Below, piece after piece: positions 21,468 to 29,539 of a stretch of DNA of 64,000 bases (its first letter is position 1; every line of letters begins with the position of its first letter). The notes under the pieces are model-generated. The model ran no database searches, was not told the DNA's origin, and worked only from the letters and a program-made list of their open reading frames with translations. Origin of the DNA: Bacilli bacterium (GTDB taxonomy: Bacteria; Bacillota_I; Bacilli_A; ML615J-28; CAG-698); contig JBMNLZ010000002.1 of assembly GCA_050953065.1 (NCBI GenBank), forward strand, positions 319,305 through 383,304, read 5' to 3'. The translations under genes and the position numbers were made by a program.

Positions 21468-22757
21468 ATGGCTTTAGACATCCACAGCTCTTTTAAAATT
21501 AACAATCAAATAACCTTAACCGGAGGAGACTACAAAACACTTAGTCTCCTATATTTGCCGTTAATAGGAATCGATAGTTATGCTTTGTATATGATGTTGA
21601 CATTTTTAAATCCAGAGGATAATTTTGATCATAAAAGGTTACTTGATAATTTGCATTTTACTAGTGCTAGAATGTTGGAGAATTCTTTTAATAAACTTCA
21701 AGCCTTTGGTTTATTAAAGGTTTATACTAATAAACAAAAAAATATTGTTTATTCTCTTATATCACCTTTAAGTGAGGATTCATTTTTAGCCGATTCTACT
21801 CTAAAAGCTTTACTTGAAAGTGAAATAGGCGAGGCTGAAGTTGCTAAACTTACTAAACAAAAAAATTCACTTAGGAATTATCAAGAAATAACTAAATCAT
21901 TTAATGATGTTTTTACAACAACTACTAAAACAAATCTAGATATTTTTGATAAGATGATTAATGCTAAAGTAGTTGATAATATTTCAATAGATAATGAAAA
22001 CTTTGATTATGAGTTTTTCAAGTCATTATTTGATACTAAGTTTATTGATAATAAAGTTTTAGAAACTACAGAATTAAAAGATACTATTTATAGAGTTAGT
22101 TATTTATTTAAACTAAGTGAACAAGAAATGTATGACGTTGTTATTAAAACAATTACAATTGATAAGGATTTAAAATTATCTGATATTACAACAAATGCTA
22201 AAAGATTATTCCAAAAGAAAAATAATGATAAAACACCAAAACTAGTTAATAAAGAAAAAGATGCTTTTATTAATAGTAGTCTAGATGATGAAACTAAAAA
22301 GTTACTTAACTATTTAGAAAATGCAAGTCCAGCTGATGTTTTAAGATCAACATCAGGAATTGCACCAAGTGTTTCTGAACTTGCAATGGTTGATACATTA
22401 CTTGAAAAGACTAACTTTAATCCAGCTGTCATTAATGTTATGATTTTAATGGTTCTAAAAGAAAAGAATGGAGAGCTTCCAAGTTATAATTATTTTGAAA
22501 AAATAGCTAATACTTGGGCTAGAGCTAAAGTGAAAACAGCACTTGATGCTTTAACTTATATTAAAAATACTAAACCTTCTAATAATATAAAACCAAAAAC
22601 TAAATCAACTTATAAAAAGGATAATACATTAAAGCCAGATTGGTATGAGGCATACCAACAAGAATTAGAAAATAAAAAGAATGAGAAAAAAGAAATAGAA
22701 GAAGATGATCTTGATAAAGTTTTTGCAAGAGCTAAAGAAATGCTTGAGGGTAAATAA
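21468..22757 (+). CDS. dnaB: Replication initiation / membrane attachment protein (Firmicutes DnaB, DnaD-domain helicase-loading factor)
   Basis: Size, position immediately upstream of dnaI, and DnaD-like C-terminal region. Confidence 0.55.
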   Translation: MALDIHSSFKINNQITLTGGDYKTLSLLYLPLIGIDSYALYMMLTFLNPEDNFDHKRLLDNLHFTSARMLENSFNKLQAFGLLKVYTNKQKNIVYSLISPLSEDSFLADSTLKALLESEIGEAEVAKLTKQKNSLRNYQEITKSFNDVFTTTTKTNLDIFDKMINAKVVDNISIDNENFDYEFFKSLFDTKFIDNKVLETTELKDTIYRVSYLFKLSEQEMYDVVIKTITIDKDLKLSDITTNAKRLFQKKNNDKTPKLVNKEKDAFINSSLDDETKKLLNYLENASPADVLRSTSGIAPSVSELAMVDTLLEKTNFNPAVINVMILMVLKEKNGELPSYNYFEKIANTWARAKVKTALDALTYIKNTKPSNNIKPKTKSTYKKDNTLKPDWYEAYQQELENKKNEKKEIEEDDLDKVFARAKEMLEGK

Positions 22758-23602
22758 TGAATAATAAATATGATGAAATAATAAAACGAATAATTTCTAA
22801 AAAAGAAATTGCTGAATTTATAAAAGAAAATAAGTTAACTAAAAATGAGATAAATAATAATTTTGGTATTTTTCTAACATGTTCTAATTATTTAGAAGAG
22901 TGTGGTAAATGTTTAGGGAAAAAAGATTGTGCATTTGATGATTATATGCAAGCTAAACTTAGTATGGGAAATGGTCAAGTAGTTCTAGCGTATAAAGAAT
23001 GTCCATATAAAGTTAATAAAGATTATCTTTTAGAAATGCTTTATTTTCCAGAAGTTGATATTGAAGATCAAGAGTTGATTTGTAATAGTAAAAGAAATGA
23101 TGTTTTTAAAGCAATTGATAATTTTAATACTAATTATAAAGAAAATAAATATGCTAAAGGACTTTATATTCATGGTTCTTTTGGAAGTGGAAAAACTTTT
23201 ATTTTATTAAAACTTGCCAAGCAACTTACTAAAATGGATAAATCAGTTTTATTTGTTTATTATCCTGATTTAGTAAGAAATTTAAGAAGCGCAGTTTCAA
23301 GTGGTACTTTAGAAGAAATTGTTGATAAATTAAAAGGTGTAGATATTCTAATGCTAGATGATATTGGAGCAGAAAATAATACAAACTTTATTAGAGATGA
23401 TGTTTTAGGACCAGTTCTAAATTATAGGCTTAATGCTAATTTGCCAGTTTTTATGACTAGTAATTATGATCTTAATTTATTAAGGCAACACTTAACTGAA
23501 ACTTCAAGTGAAGTTAATACAATTAAAAGTGATAGAATAATTGAAAGAATTAGATATATGATGGAAGTAGTTAGTTTAACTGATGTTAACCATCGAAATT
23601 GA
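22757..23602 (+). CDS. dnaI: Primosomal protein DnaI (helicase loader, AAA+)
   Basis: N-terminal Cys-rich zinc module (CSNYLEECGKCLGKKDC), Walker A GSFGSGKTF, Walker B MLDDIG. Confidence 0.8.
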   Translation: MNNKYDEIIKRIISKKEIAEFIKENKLTKNEINNNFGIFLTCSNYLEECGKCLGKKDCAFDDYMQAKLSMGNGQVVLAYKECPYKVNKDYLLEMLYFPEVDIEDQELICNSKRNDVFKAIDNFNTNYKENKYAKGLYIHGSFGSGKTFILLKLAKQLTKMDKSVLFVYYPDLVRNLRSAVSSGTLEEIVDKLKGVDILMLDDIGAENNTNFIRDDVLGPVLNYRLNANLPVFMTSNYDLNLLRQHLTETSSEVNTIKSDRIIERIRYMMEVVSLTDVNHRN

Positions 23603-23618
23603 TTAGGTAGGTATAAAT

Positions 23619-23903
23619 ATGAATTGTTTAAAATGTAAATCAGAAATGAAAGAAAATGAAACTATTTGTAGATTATGTGGTGCAGTACATAAACTAAATA
23701 GAAGACAAAAATTAGTATTATTAAGTCCAATTACTGCAAAACAAGTTTTAATTGGGATTCTTTTCCCTCCACTTGGTTTTGCTTTGTGGGGCTTAGATGT
23801 TAAAGAAGACCCAGGTAAAGCTAAAAACTATTTACGTTTTAGTTTGCTTGGAGTTTTAGTTTACATAGTAGCGTTTGTTATTGTAAATATGAATGCGATT
23901 TAA
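23619..23903 (+). CDS. Small zinc-ribbon membrane protein
   Basis: CLKC…CRLCG ribbon followed by two hydrophobic helices. Confidence 0.4.
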   Translation: MNCLKCKSEMKENETICRLCGAVHKLNRRQKLVLLSPITAKQVLIGILFPPLGFALWGLDVKEDPGKAKNYLRFSLLGVLVYIVAFVIVNMNAI

Positions 23904-23927
23904 ATTATAGGCGTTTTAAAAAAACTT

Positions 23928-24057
23928 AATAAGGAATCAAAGTGAAAATCTTTAGCTGCCCCAGCAACCGTGATATGAATGAAATGAGTTAACCACTGAA
24001 AAGTAAATTTTTTGGGAAGGTTCAAAGTAAAGTGAAGTTAAGCCGGGAGACTTGCCT
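23928..24057 (+). promoter_or_regulatory. Cobalamin (B12) riboswitch
   Basis: Direct matches to the cobalamin riboswitch consensus: GGAATcaAAGTGAAAATCtttaGCTGCCCCaGCAACCGTGA, B12 box cCACTGaaa, GGGAAGG, and the 3' AGCCgGGAGACtTGCC element. It lies about 35 nt upstream of the 24092 gene. Confidence 0.8.
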
Positions 24058-24091
24058 ATATTTAAAAATATAAAATAAATAAGGAGAAGAA

Positions 24092-24943
24092 ATGAAAAAA
24101 ATGTATTTACTTTTGATTTTTTTGTTGGTGTTTGCTGGGTGCTCAAACAAAAAACAAAAAGATGTAGTTGATCAGAATGTCGATTCATATATTGATAGTT
24201 TCATTGAAACTAAAGTTATGGATTATGTTGCCTTTGAAGATGAGGCCTATGTTGTTAATGTTTATGTATTAGGAGCCATAAATAAATTAGAAGGGTTTGA
24301 TAAAACAATTTTAAATATTGATAAAGATGATTTAGTTGTTTATTTAAATGGGTTAGAAAAAACTCCACTTAATTTGTTTAAAAAAGCTCTAACAAATGAT
24401 TTCTTTGGCCTAGACCAAACAAATGTTAAAAACGATTTAAATGCTCTTACAACAGAAAGCGTTACGAATGTTTATGATATGCTAAATATCATTTATGCAT
24501 TTAATGTTTTAAAAGAAGAGAGTGCATTAAAAACTACTTTTGAAGAGTATGTTCTAAATTTAGAAAATAATCCATATAGTGATAGTGATTATGCAGCACA
24601 AGTAATTTTAGCTTTAGCTAATAAGGATTATGATTTAACGCCTCATAAGGATTTAATTTTAGATTCATTGACTGCTGAGGGAATTAACGCTTGGGGGAAT
24701 AATAATTCAGCTTCTACTGCAATGGCTGTTATGGCATTTTTAGCACTAGGAGAAAATCCAAGAGCAATAAATGATATAGATTTAATTAGTATTCTTTTTG
24801 ATTATAAACTAGATGATGCTTTTAAATGGTTAAAAGAAGATGCTGAAGCTGATCTTAACTTTTCAACACCACAAGTTTTTACGGCTTTTGTACTTTATCA
24901 AGTGTTTCAAAAAACAGAAAAGAATGTTAATCTTTTTTCATAA
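24092..24943 (+). CDS. Alpha-helical repeat lipoprotein, candidate cobalamin-binding partner
   Basis: Lipobox FAGC; helical repeats with WG/NNSASTAMAVMAF motifs reminiscent of alpha/alpha-toroid folds; first gene behind the B12 riboswitch. Confidence 0.45.
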   Translation: MKKMYLLLIFLLVFAGCSNKKQKDVVDQNVDSYIDSFIETKVMDYVAFEDEAYVVNVYVLGAINKLEGFDKTILNIDKDDLVVYLNGLEKTPLNLFKKALTNDFFGLDQTNVKNDLNALTTESVTNVYDMLNIIYAFNVLKEESALKTTFEEYVLNLENNPYSDSDYAAQVILALANKDYDLTPHKDLILDSLTAEGINAWGNNNSASTAMAVMAFLALGENPRAINDIDLISILFDYKLDDAFKWLKEDAEADLNFSTPQVFTAFVLYQVFQKTEKNVNLFS

Positions 24944-25339
24944 ATGAAAAACACAATTCTTAAAGTTGCTTTAACTCTTCTTGGTATAGCGTTAATTGTT
25001 TTTATCTATTTTATTAGTCAACCTAAAATAGATAGTGGTATAATTAATATTATTTTAGTTAATGATGAAGGTGTTGAAGTAATTAATGATGAAATAGAAT
25101 TTAGTGAATATACTGATGGAAAGAAAACAACACTTTATGCTATTTTAGAAGCAAACTATGATATTAGAGTAGATAATGGTTTTTTATATGACTTTGAAAG
25201 TGTTAAAACAGATGGCGTTGATAACTTTATCAAGATTTTAAAAAATGATTCCTTCGCAACAAAAGGAATTAAAACCATAGATTTTAAAGATCAAGATGTG
25301 ATAAAGTTTGTTTATACAAAGGTCGGTGATTTCTCTTGA
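24944..25339 (+). CDS. DUF4430-like protein (transcobalamin beta-domain-like), membrane anchored
   Basis: N-terminal TM helix; C-terminal pattern …TLYAILEAN…GFLYDFESV…DQDVIKFVYTK resembles DUF4430 (…Y.vNG…GDvI.w.Y). Start overlaps the upstream stop. Confidence 0.45.
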   Translation: MKNTILKVALTLLGIALIVFIYFISQPKIDSGIINIILVNDEGVEVINDEIEFSEYTDGKKTTLYAILEANYDIRVDNGFLYDFESVKTDGVDNFIKILKNDSFATKGIKTIDFKDQDVIKFVYTKVGDFS

Positions 25340-25851
25340 AAAACTTTAAAACAAGAGATATTACAATCTTAGCAGTTTTAACTGCTGTTTTATTTGCTCA
25401 AGAATTAGCGTTATCTTTTTTACCTAATATTCAGTTAACAGTATTATTGATAATGTTATATTCAAGAGTTTTGGGAACTAAAAAAAGTCTAATTGTTGTT
25501 TTTGTGCATGTTCTATTAGATAATTTGATTTTTGGATTTAATATATTATACTTTATTAGTATGCTAATTGGTTGGAGTGTAATTCCTCTTTCAATTAACT
25601 CTGTTTTTAAAAGAATAGAAAATGTTTATTTATTAGGACTACTTGGAATATTATATTCTATTATTTATGTTCTACCTTTTATGGCAGTAAATGTTTTGAT
25701 TTTAAAGGTTGATTTTTATGCTTATTTAATAGCGGATATTCCTTTTACAGCCGTTTTAGCTATTAGTAGTTTTTTAAGTATTATTTGGGCATATAAACCT
25801 TTAGAAGAATCAATTCTAAAATTTAATCAAATTTATGAGTTAAATAATTAA
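25336..25851 (+). CDS. ECF-transporter S-component-like membrane protein (candidate CbrT-type B12 S component)
   Basis: 171 aa with 5-6 TM helices and an N-terminus like S components (TRDITILAVLTAVLFA). TTG start overlaps the upstream stop. No EcfA/EcfT genes in the window. Confidence 0.45.
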   Translation: MKNFKTRDITILAVLTAVLFAQELALSFLPNIQLTVLLIMLYSRVLGTKKSLIVVFVHVLLDNLIFGFNILYFISMLIGWSVIPLSINSVFKRIENVYLLGLLGILYSIIYVLPFMAVNVLILKVDFYAYLIADIPFTAVLAISSFLSIIWAYKPLEESILKFNQIYELNN

Positions 25852-25871
25852 ATGAAGTTTAAAAAATAATT

Positions 25872-25908
25872 AAAAAATGTATCATACCTATTAGTATGAT
25901 ACATTTTT
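25872..25908. terminator. Bidirectional terminator
   Basis: atgtatcatac-ctatta-gtatgatacat hairpin flanked by A- and T-runs, between convergent genes. Confidence 0.7.
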
Positions 25909-26051
25909 AATTTTCTTTTAATAAATGTTTTCGTAATTCCCCCTGAAATATATTCCTATTTATATACTATATGGATCACTTACTACAATAGTTCCACCAT
26001 ATGAATATAACATAACAGCAATTAAAGAAATTGCTAAAACAAGTAAAACAA

Positions 26052-26330
26052 TTAATACAAAATAAATAGTTTAGTAAAGAAATACTTTTTAGCTTTTTTA
26101 TGTAATAATTCAACATTTACATAAGATTTGAAAGAACTAGCAATTTCTTCTGGTTCTCCAAATTCTTCCCTTATTTCTTTGATTGATGAATTAGGATTTT
26201 CAAAAAGAAAATCCTGAATATTTTCTTTAAAAGAAGATATAAAAGCTAATTTAATATTTGATGAACAAAGCATTTTAGATTTAATGTTTCTTAGGTATTT
26301 TTTGAATTCTTTACTTTTTAGAATTTCCAT
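26052..26330 (-). CDS. DUF1700-like protein, N-terminal part only (possibly frameshifted)
   Basis: PadR-associated DUF1700-like N-terminus (…EEFGEPEEIASSF…). A TM helix (TIYFVLIVLLVLAISLIAVMLY) is encoded just downstream in a different frame. Confidence 0.35.
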   Translation of the reverse strand: MEILKSKEFKKYLRNIKSKMLCSSNIKLAFISSFKENIQDFLFENPNSSIKEIREEFGEPEEIASSFKSYVNVELLHKKAKKYFFTKLFILY

Positions 26331-26703
26331 TGTTATTTTCCTCCCAATTTAATAAACTTGAAACTCCTTTTGAAACTTCTTGATATTTTTCTAAAGCAAA
26401 CTCTAAATATTCTTTTCCACTATCTTCAATATGATAGTAATTTCTAAATCTTTTTTTACCAACCAATACTTTGTTTGAAGAAATGAGTTTTCTTTCTTCT
26501 AGTTTATATAAAGGGCCATATAAAGAACCTTCTTTAACATCAAATACACCATTAGTTCTTATATATAAGTCTTTTTTAATCTCATAACCATAAGTATCTT
26601 TTTCGGTTAAAAGATGTAAGATTAGGATTTCTAATAATCCAAATTTTAAATTTTCATCAAGATCAAATTTCCATTTTTCATCAGGATCTATTTTCCACCA
26701 CAT
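26311..26703 (-). CDS. PadR family transcriptional regulator
   Basis: Winged-helix PadR motifs (LEILILHLL…YGYEI…GSLYGPLYKLEERKLI). Confidence 0.8.
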   Translation of the reverse strand: MWWKIDPDEKWKFDLDENLKFGLLEILILHLLTEKDTYGYEIKKDLYIRTNGVFDVKEGSLYGPLYKLEERKLISSNKVLVGKKRFRNYYHIEDSGKEYLEFALEKYQEVSKGVSSLLNWEENNNGNSKK

Positions 26704-26849
26704 AATTAATCACCTGCTTTTTATTTGTTTTAGATTTGATAATATAATTATACATTAATTATGACAAAATAACAATACTATTTTTAACAGTATATGTTGA
26801 CTGAGATATTTTTAAATGATACAATATAGGTGAAAGGAAGGAGAATGTT

Positions 26850-27698
26850 ATGTATAAAAAACTAATAGGAATAGTGGGTGCATTGATAATGCTGTTTGGA
26901 ATTTTTGGGCTTGCGGGTTGTGCAGAAAGCCTTGATAAGTATAAAGATGCTAAAATAATAGAACTTCAAACTTATGCAGACAGTAAAGGTGAAAGTAACT
27001 ATACAGTAGAAAATTGGGAGACTATTGGCATAGCAACTGAGAATGGCAAGATGTCGATTGAAGCCTCAAATAATAGGTCGTTAGTAGATGATGCGGTTAC
27101 TTTAGCAAAAGGAGAAATTGATATGGTATCAAGAAAATTAAGGGGTGGATATGATGATGAAGGAGTTGAGCCAGCACCACCTATCTGGACTGAATTTACA
27201 TCGGATGAATCAAGATTAAAAGTTGGTGATAATTTGGTGATTAAGTTTTATTATGCACCACAGTCAAGTTATGACATTAGTACATATGATCCAGCTCCGA
27301 TTAGCGTTACAGCAAAGATTATTACAGGATATGGGACATATACAAGAAAACTTCTTCAGAAAGGTGACTATACATATAGTCAGCCTGAATATACATTTGA
27401 GTATGAAAATAAAGAAGAATTTGTCAAGAAAGAAATAAGCAATTTTGCGAATTCAAATAATTATCCTACGGCAGGATCAGAATTTGTTGCATTTGAGGAA
27501 ATTGAAATTCCTGCAAATTGGTTTGTCGGAGAAATGGGGGCAATTGGTTGGACTGTAGTAGCAAAACTGACATGGGCAGAGGAAGCTGGGATTGACTCTA
27601 TAAACCAAAGTGGAGGAGTTTCTATGTATTATAGAATAGAAGGAGAAAACATTATTTTGTACAGCAGTTACTATAATTTTTCAAACGATATAAGATAG
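26850..27698 (+). CDS. Hypothetical lipoprotein in a GC-rich (foreign) segment
   Basis: Lipobox LAGC; GC content clearly above the local background. Confidence 0.5.
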   Translation: MYKKLIGIVGALIMLFGIFGLAGCAESLDKYKDAKIIELQTYADSKGESNYTVENWETIGIATENGKMSIEASNNRSLVDDAVTLAKGEIDMVSRKLRGGYDDEGVEPAPPIWTEFTSDESRLKVGDNLVIKFYYAPQSSYDISTYDPAPISVTAKIITGYGTYTRKLLQKGDYTYSQPEYTFEYENKEEFVKKEISNFANSNNYPTAGSEFVAFEEIEIPANWFVGEMGAIGWTVVAKLTWAEEAGIDSINQSGGVSMYYRIEGENIILYSSYYNFSNDIR

Positions 27699-27735
27699 GT
27701 AAAAACAGTAAAATATAGATTTAGGAGAAAAAATT

Positions 27736-28977
27736 ATGAAGAATATGAAAATAAAGAAGAGAGTAATTACAATCATAGTGTCGATTTACTTTTTAGTTTG
27801 TGGCATTTTTGTGGTTAATAACGGCACATTGTCGACCTATGCATGGACTTCCGACAATGATGAAATATATGGATTTCAACCTACAATAGAAAATTTTACA
27901 TACGGATTGGATGAGCAGTTTCTTGTATCATTTATGATCGATTCTGAAACTTATGAAATATCGGCAAGTACGGTGACATCCCTAAATTACACAACAAATG
28001 GGTTTCTAGTTATTCAGTTACCATTTTATTCACAAGGGACTATAAAAGCACAAATAAAATATAACGGGATGACTATTGATCCAATATTTACGGTTATTGC
28101 AAAACTTGCAAATGGTCATCAGTTGTGTGCAAGTATTTATGGGATAATAGAGGATGATACTCTATATATAAATGGGAACTCTTATGAGGGGGCTAGGGAT
28201 ATTTATTATGCGACTGCGCTTGAAGAAGGGACAATGACGTTAGATGAATATGAGGCAGTTTTCAGTGGTGGTGGTTTGGGAAACACGAATATGAAACCGC
28301 TAATCGTACCGCTTGCGTCAGGTGACACTTGGGTTTCAGGGACATTGCAATGGATAGACGATTGGGAGAATACTCATCCATTACAGCACACAAAGGTTAC
28401 TGTTTATGATAAAGAGGGAGATTTGCTTATTGGTTGGTGGGACAGGGATTTATGCACGGTTTACACAAATGCTAACGGTAATTTTAGCGTAGGATTCAGT
28501 AATAGAAGTGGAGGTAGCAATATTTTTATTAAAGTATGGCCAGAAGGTGAAAACTCAGTCGTTAAGACAGGTGCGAACAACGAATATGTTTGGTGTAGTG
28601 AAACGGTATGGAGCGTAGCTACGGGATCAACGACTACAATTAATCGTACATTCAATATGCGCGACACGGGCAATTTTATTGATGGCGTTGAAGGAGATGG
28701 CGATTTAGGGCGCGCCTTTCAGGTTTCACAAGCCACAATTATTGCGGCTCGGTACATTACAGAAATGAGGGGCAGTAGCATTTCAGATGTAACTGTTAGA
28801 TATCCTCACAATGAAAGCAGTACTGGATGTTTTTACAGTGAAAATACGGTTTATATTATAGGAAATAGGGATATAACATTAGATACTACTTTTATAAATG
28901 GCGTTCGTTTTCGTTCCTACGCTTCGCGGGATGTTATAATGCATGATAAAATATTTTATTACAATATTTACCTTTAA
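27736..28977 (+). CDS. Hypothetical secreted or membrane-anchored protein with a CarboxypepD_reg-like beta-sandwich
   Basis: N-terminal signal/anchor; the segment KVTVYDKEGDLLIGWW…YTNANGNFSVGF resembles a carboxypeptidase-regulatory-like domain; GC-rich. Confidence 0.45.
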   Translation: MKNMKIKKRVITIIVSIYFLVCGIFVVNNGTLSTYAWTSDNDEIYGFQPTIENFTYGLDEQFLVSFMIDSETYEISASTVTSLNYTTNGFLVIQLPFYSQGTIKAQIKYNGMTIDPIFTVIAKLANGHQLCASIYGIIEDDTLYINGNSYEGARDIYYATALEEGTMTLDEYEAVFSGGGLGNTNMKPLIVPLASGDTWVSGTLQWIDDWENTHPLQHTKVTVYDKEGDLLIGWWDRDLCTVYTNANGNFSVGFSNRSGGSNIFIKVWPEGENSVVKTGANNEYVWCSETVWSVATGSTTTINRTFNMRDTGNFIDGVEGDGDLGRAFQVSQATIIAARYITEMRGSSISDVTVRYPHNESSTGCFYSENTVYIIGNRDITLDTTFINGVRFRSYASRDVIMHDKIFYYNIYL

Positions 28978-29371
28978 GTTTAATTATTTTTTGGTATGAT
29001 TCTTCTATTCTTTCAAGCGGAATCTTTCCTTCTTCAACTAATCTTACAAAAGTATTAAAAACATTGAATTGATCTTCTAATAAAGCTTGCCCACAAAAAA
29101 CAAGCATATCACATCCTGCCATCACAGAATTATAAATAACCTCTTCTAACAAATAATTCTTACTAATTGCTTGCATTGTTAAGGAATCTGTAACAATTAA
29201 TCCTTTAAAGTTTAGTTCATTAATTAAAAAATCTCTCACAATATTTTTAGATAAACTTGCAGGGTAAGTATCAAAACTAGAATAGATGATATGAGACATC
29301 ATAACCCCATCAATTCCTTGTTCTATTGCTTCTTTAAAAGGAATGATTATTCCATTAAATGTAGAAATCAT
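28934..29371 (-). pseudogene. nagZ: 5'-truncated beta-N-acetylhexosaminidase (GH3, NagZ-like) remnant
   Basis: Contains the GH3 nucleophile motif GFKGLIVTDSLTM and the C-terminal end of the domain, but lacks the roughly 180-200 N-terminal residues including KHFPGHG. Confidence 0.65.
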
Positions 29372-29372
29372 A

Positions 29373-29504
29373 GGTGAAAATGCTTTTGATTATAGTTATA
29401 CTGAAAATGCCATTTATTGTGTTGCTGAAAGTAGGCCTGAAGGTTGGAGTGATATTTGGAGTGGATCTTCTTGACCAGTAATTTGGGGCTATACTGGGGA
29501 ATAG
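29373..29504 (+). pseudogene. Decayed C-terminal fragment of a BspA-like LRR lipoprotein gene
   Basis: Translates to GENAFDYSYTENAIYCVAESRPEGWSDIWSGSS*PVIWGYTGE* with an in-frame TGA at 29472-29474. It is homologous to the …IQPEGWSEYWNNDGGTVVWGYTG* terminus of the 54077 gene. Confidence 0.6.
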
Positions 29505-29539
29505 GTTGACTTAATTACTTAAATAAAGGAAAGAGAAAA

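Noticed and set aside
23952-24188. 78-aa minus-strand ORF
   Set aside because: Lies antisense across the cobalamin riboswitch and the start of the 24092 gene; the riboswitch explains the sequence.
27253-27438. 61-aa plus-strand ORF
   Set aside because: Out-of-frame ORF nested inside the 26850 lipoprotein gene.
28461-28673. 70-aa minus-strand ORF
   Set aside because: Antisense inside the 27736 gene.
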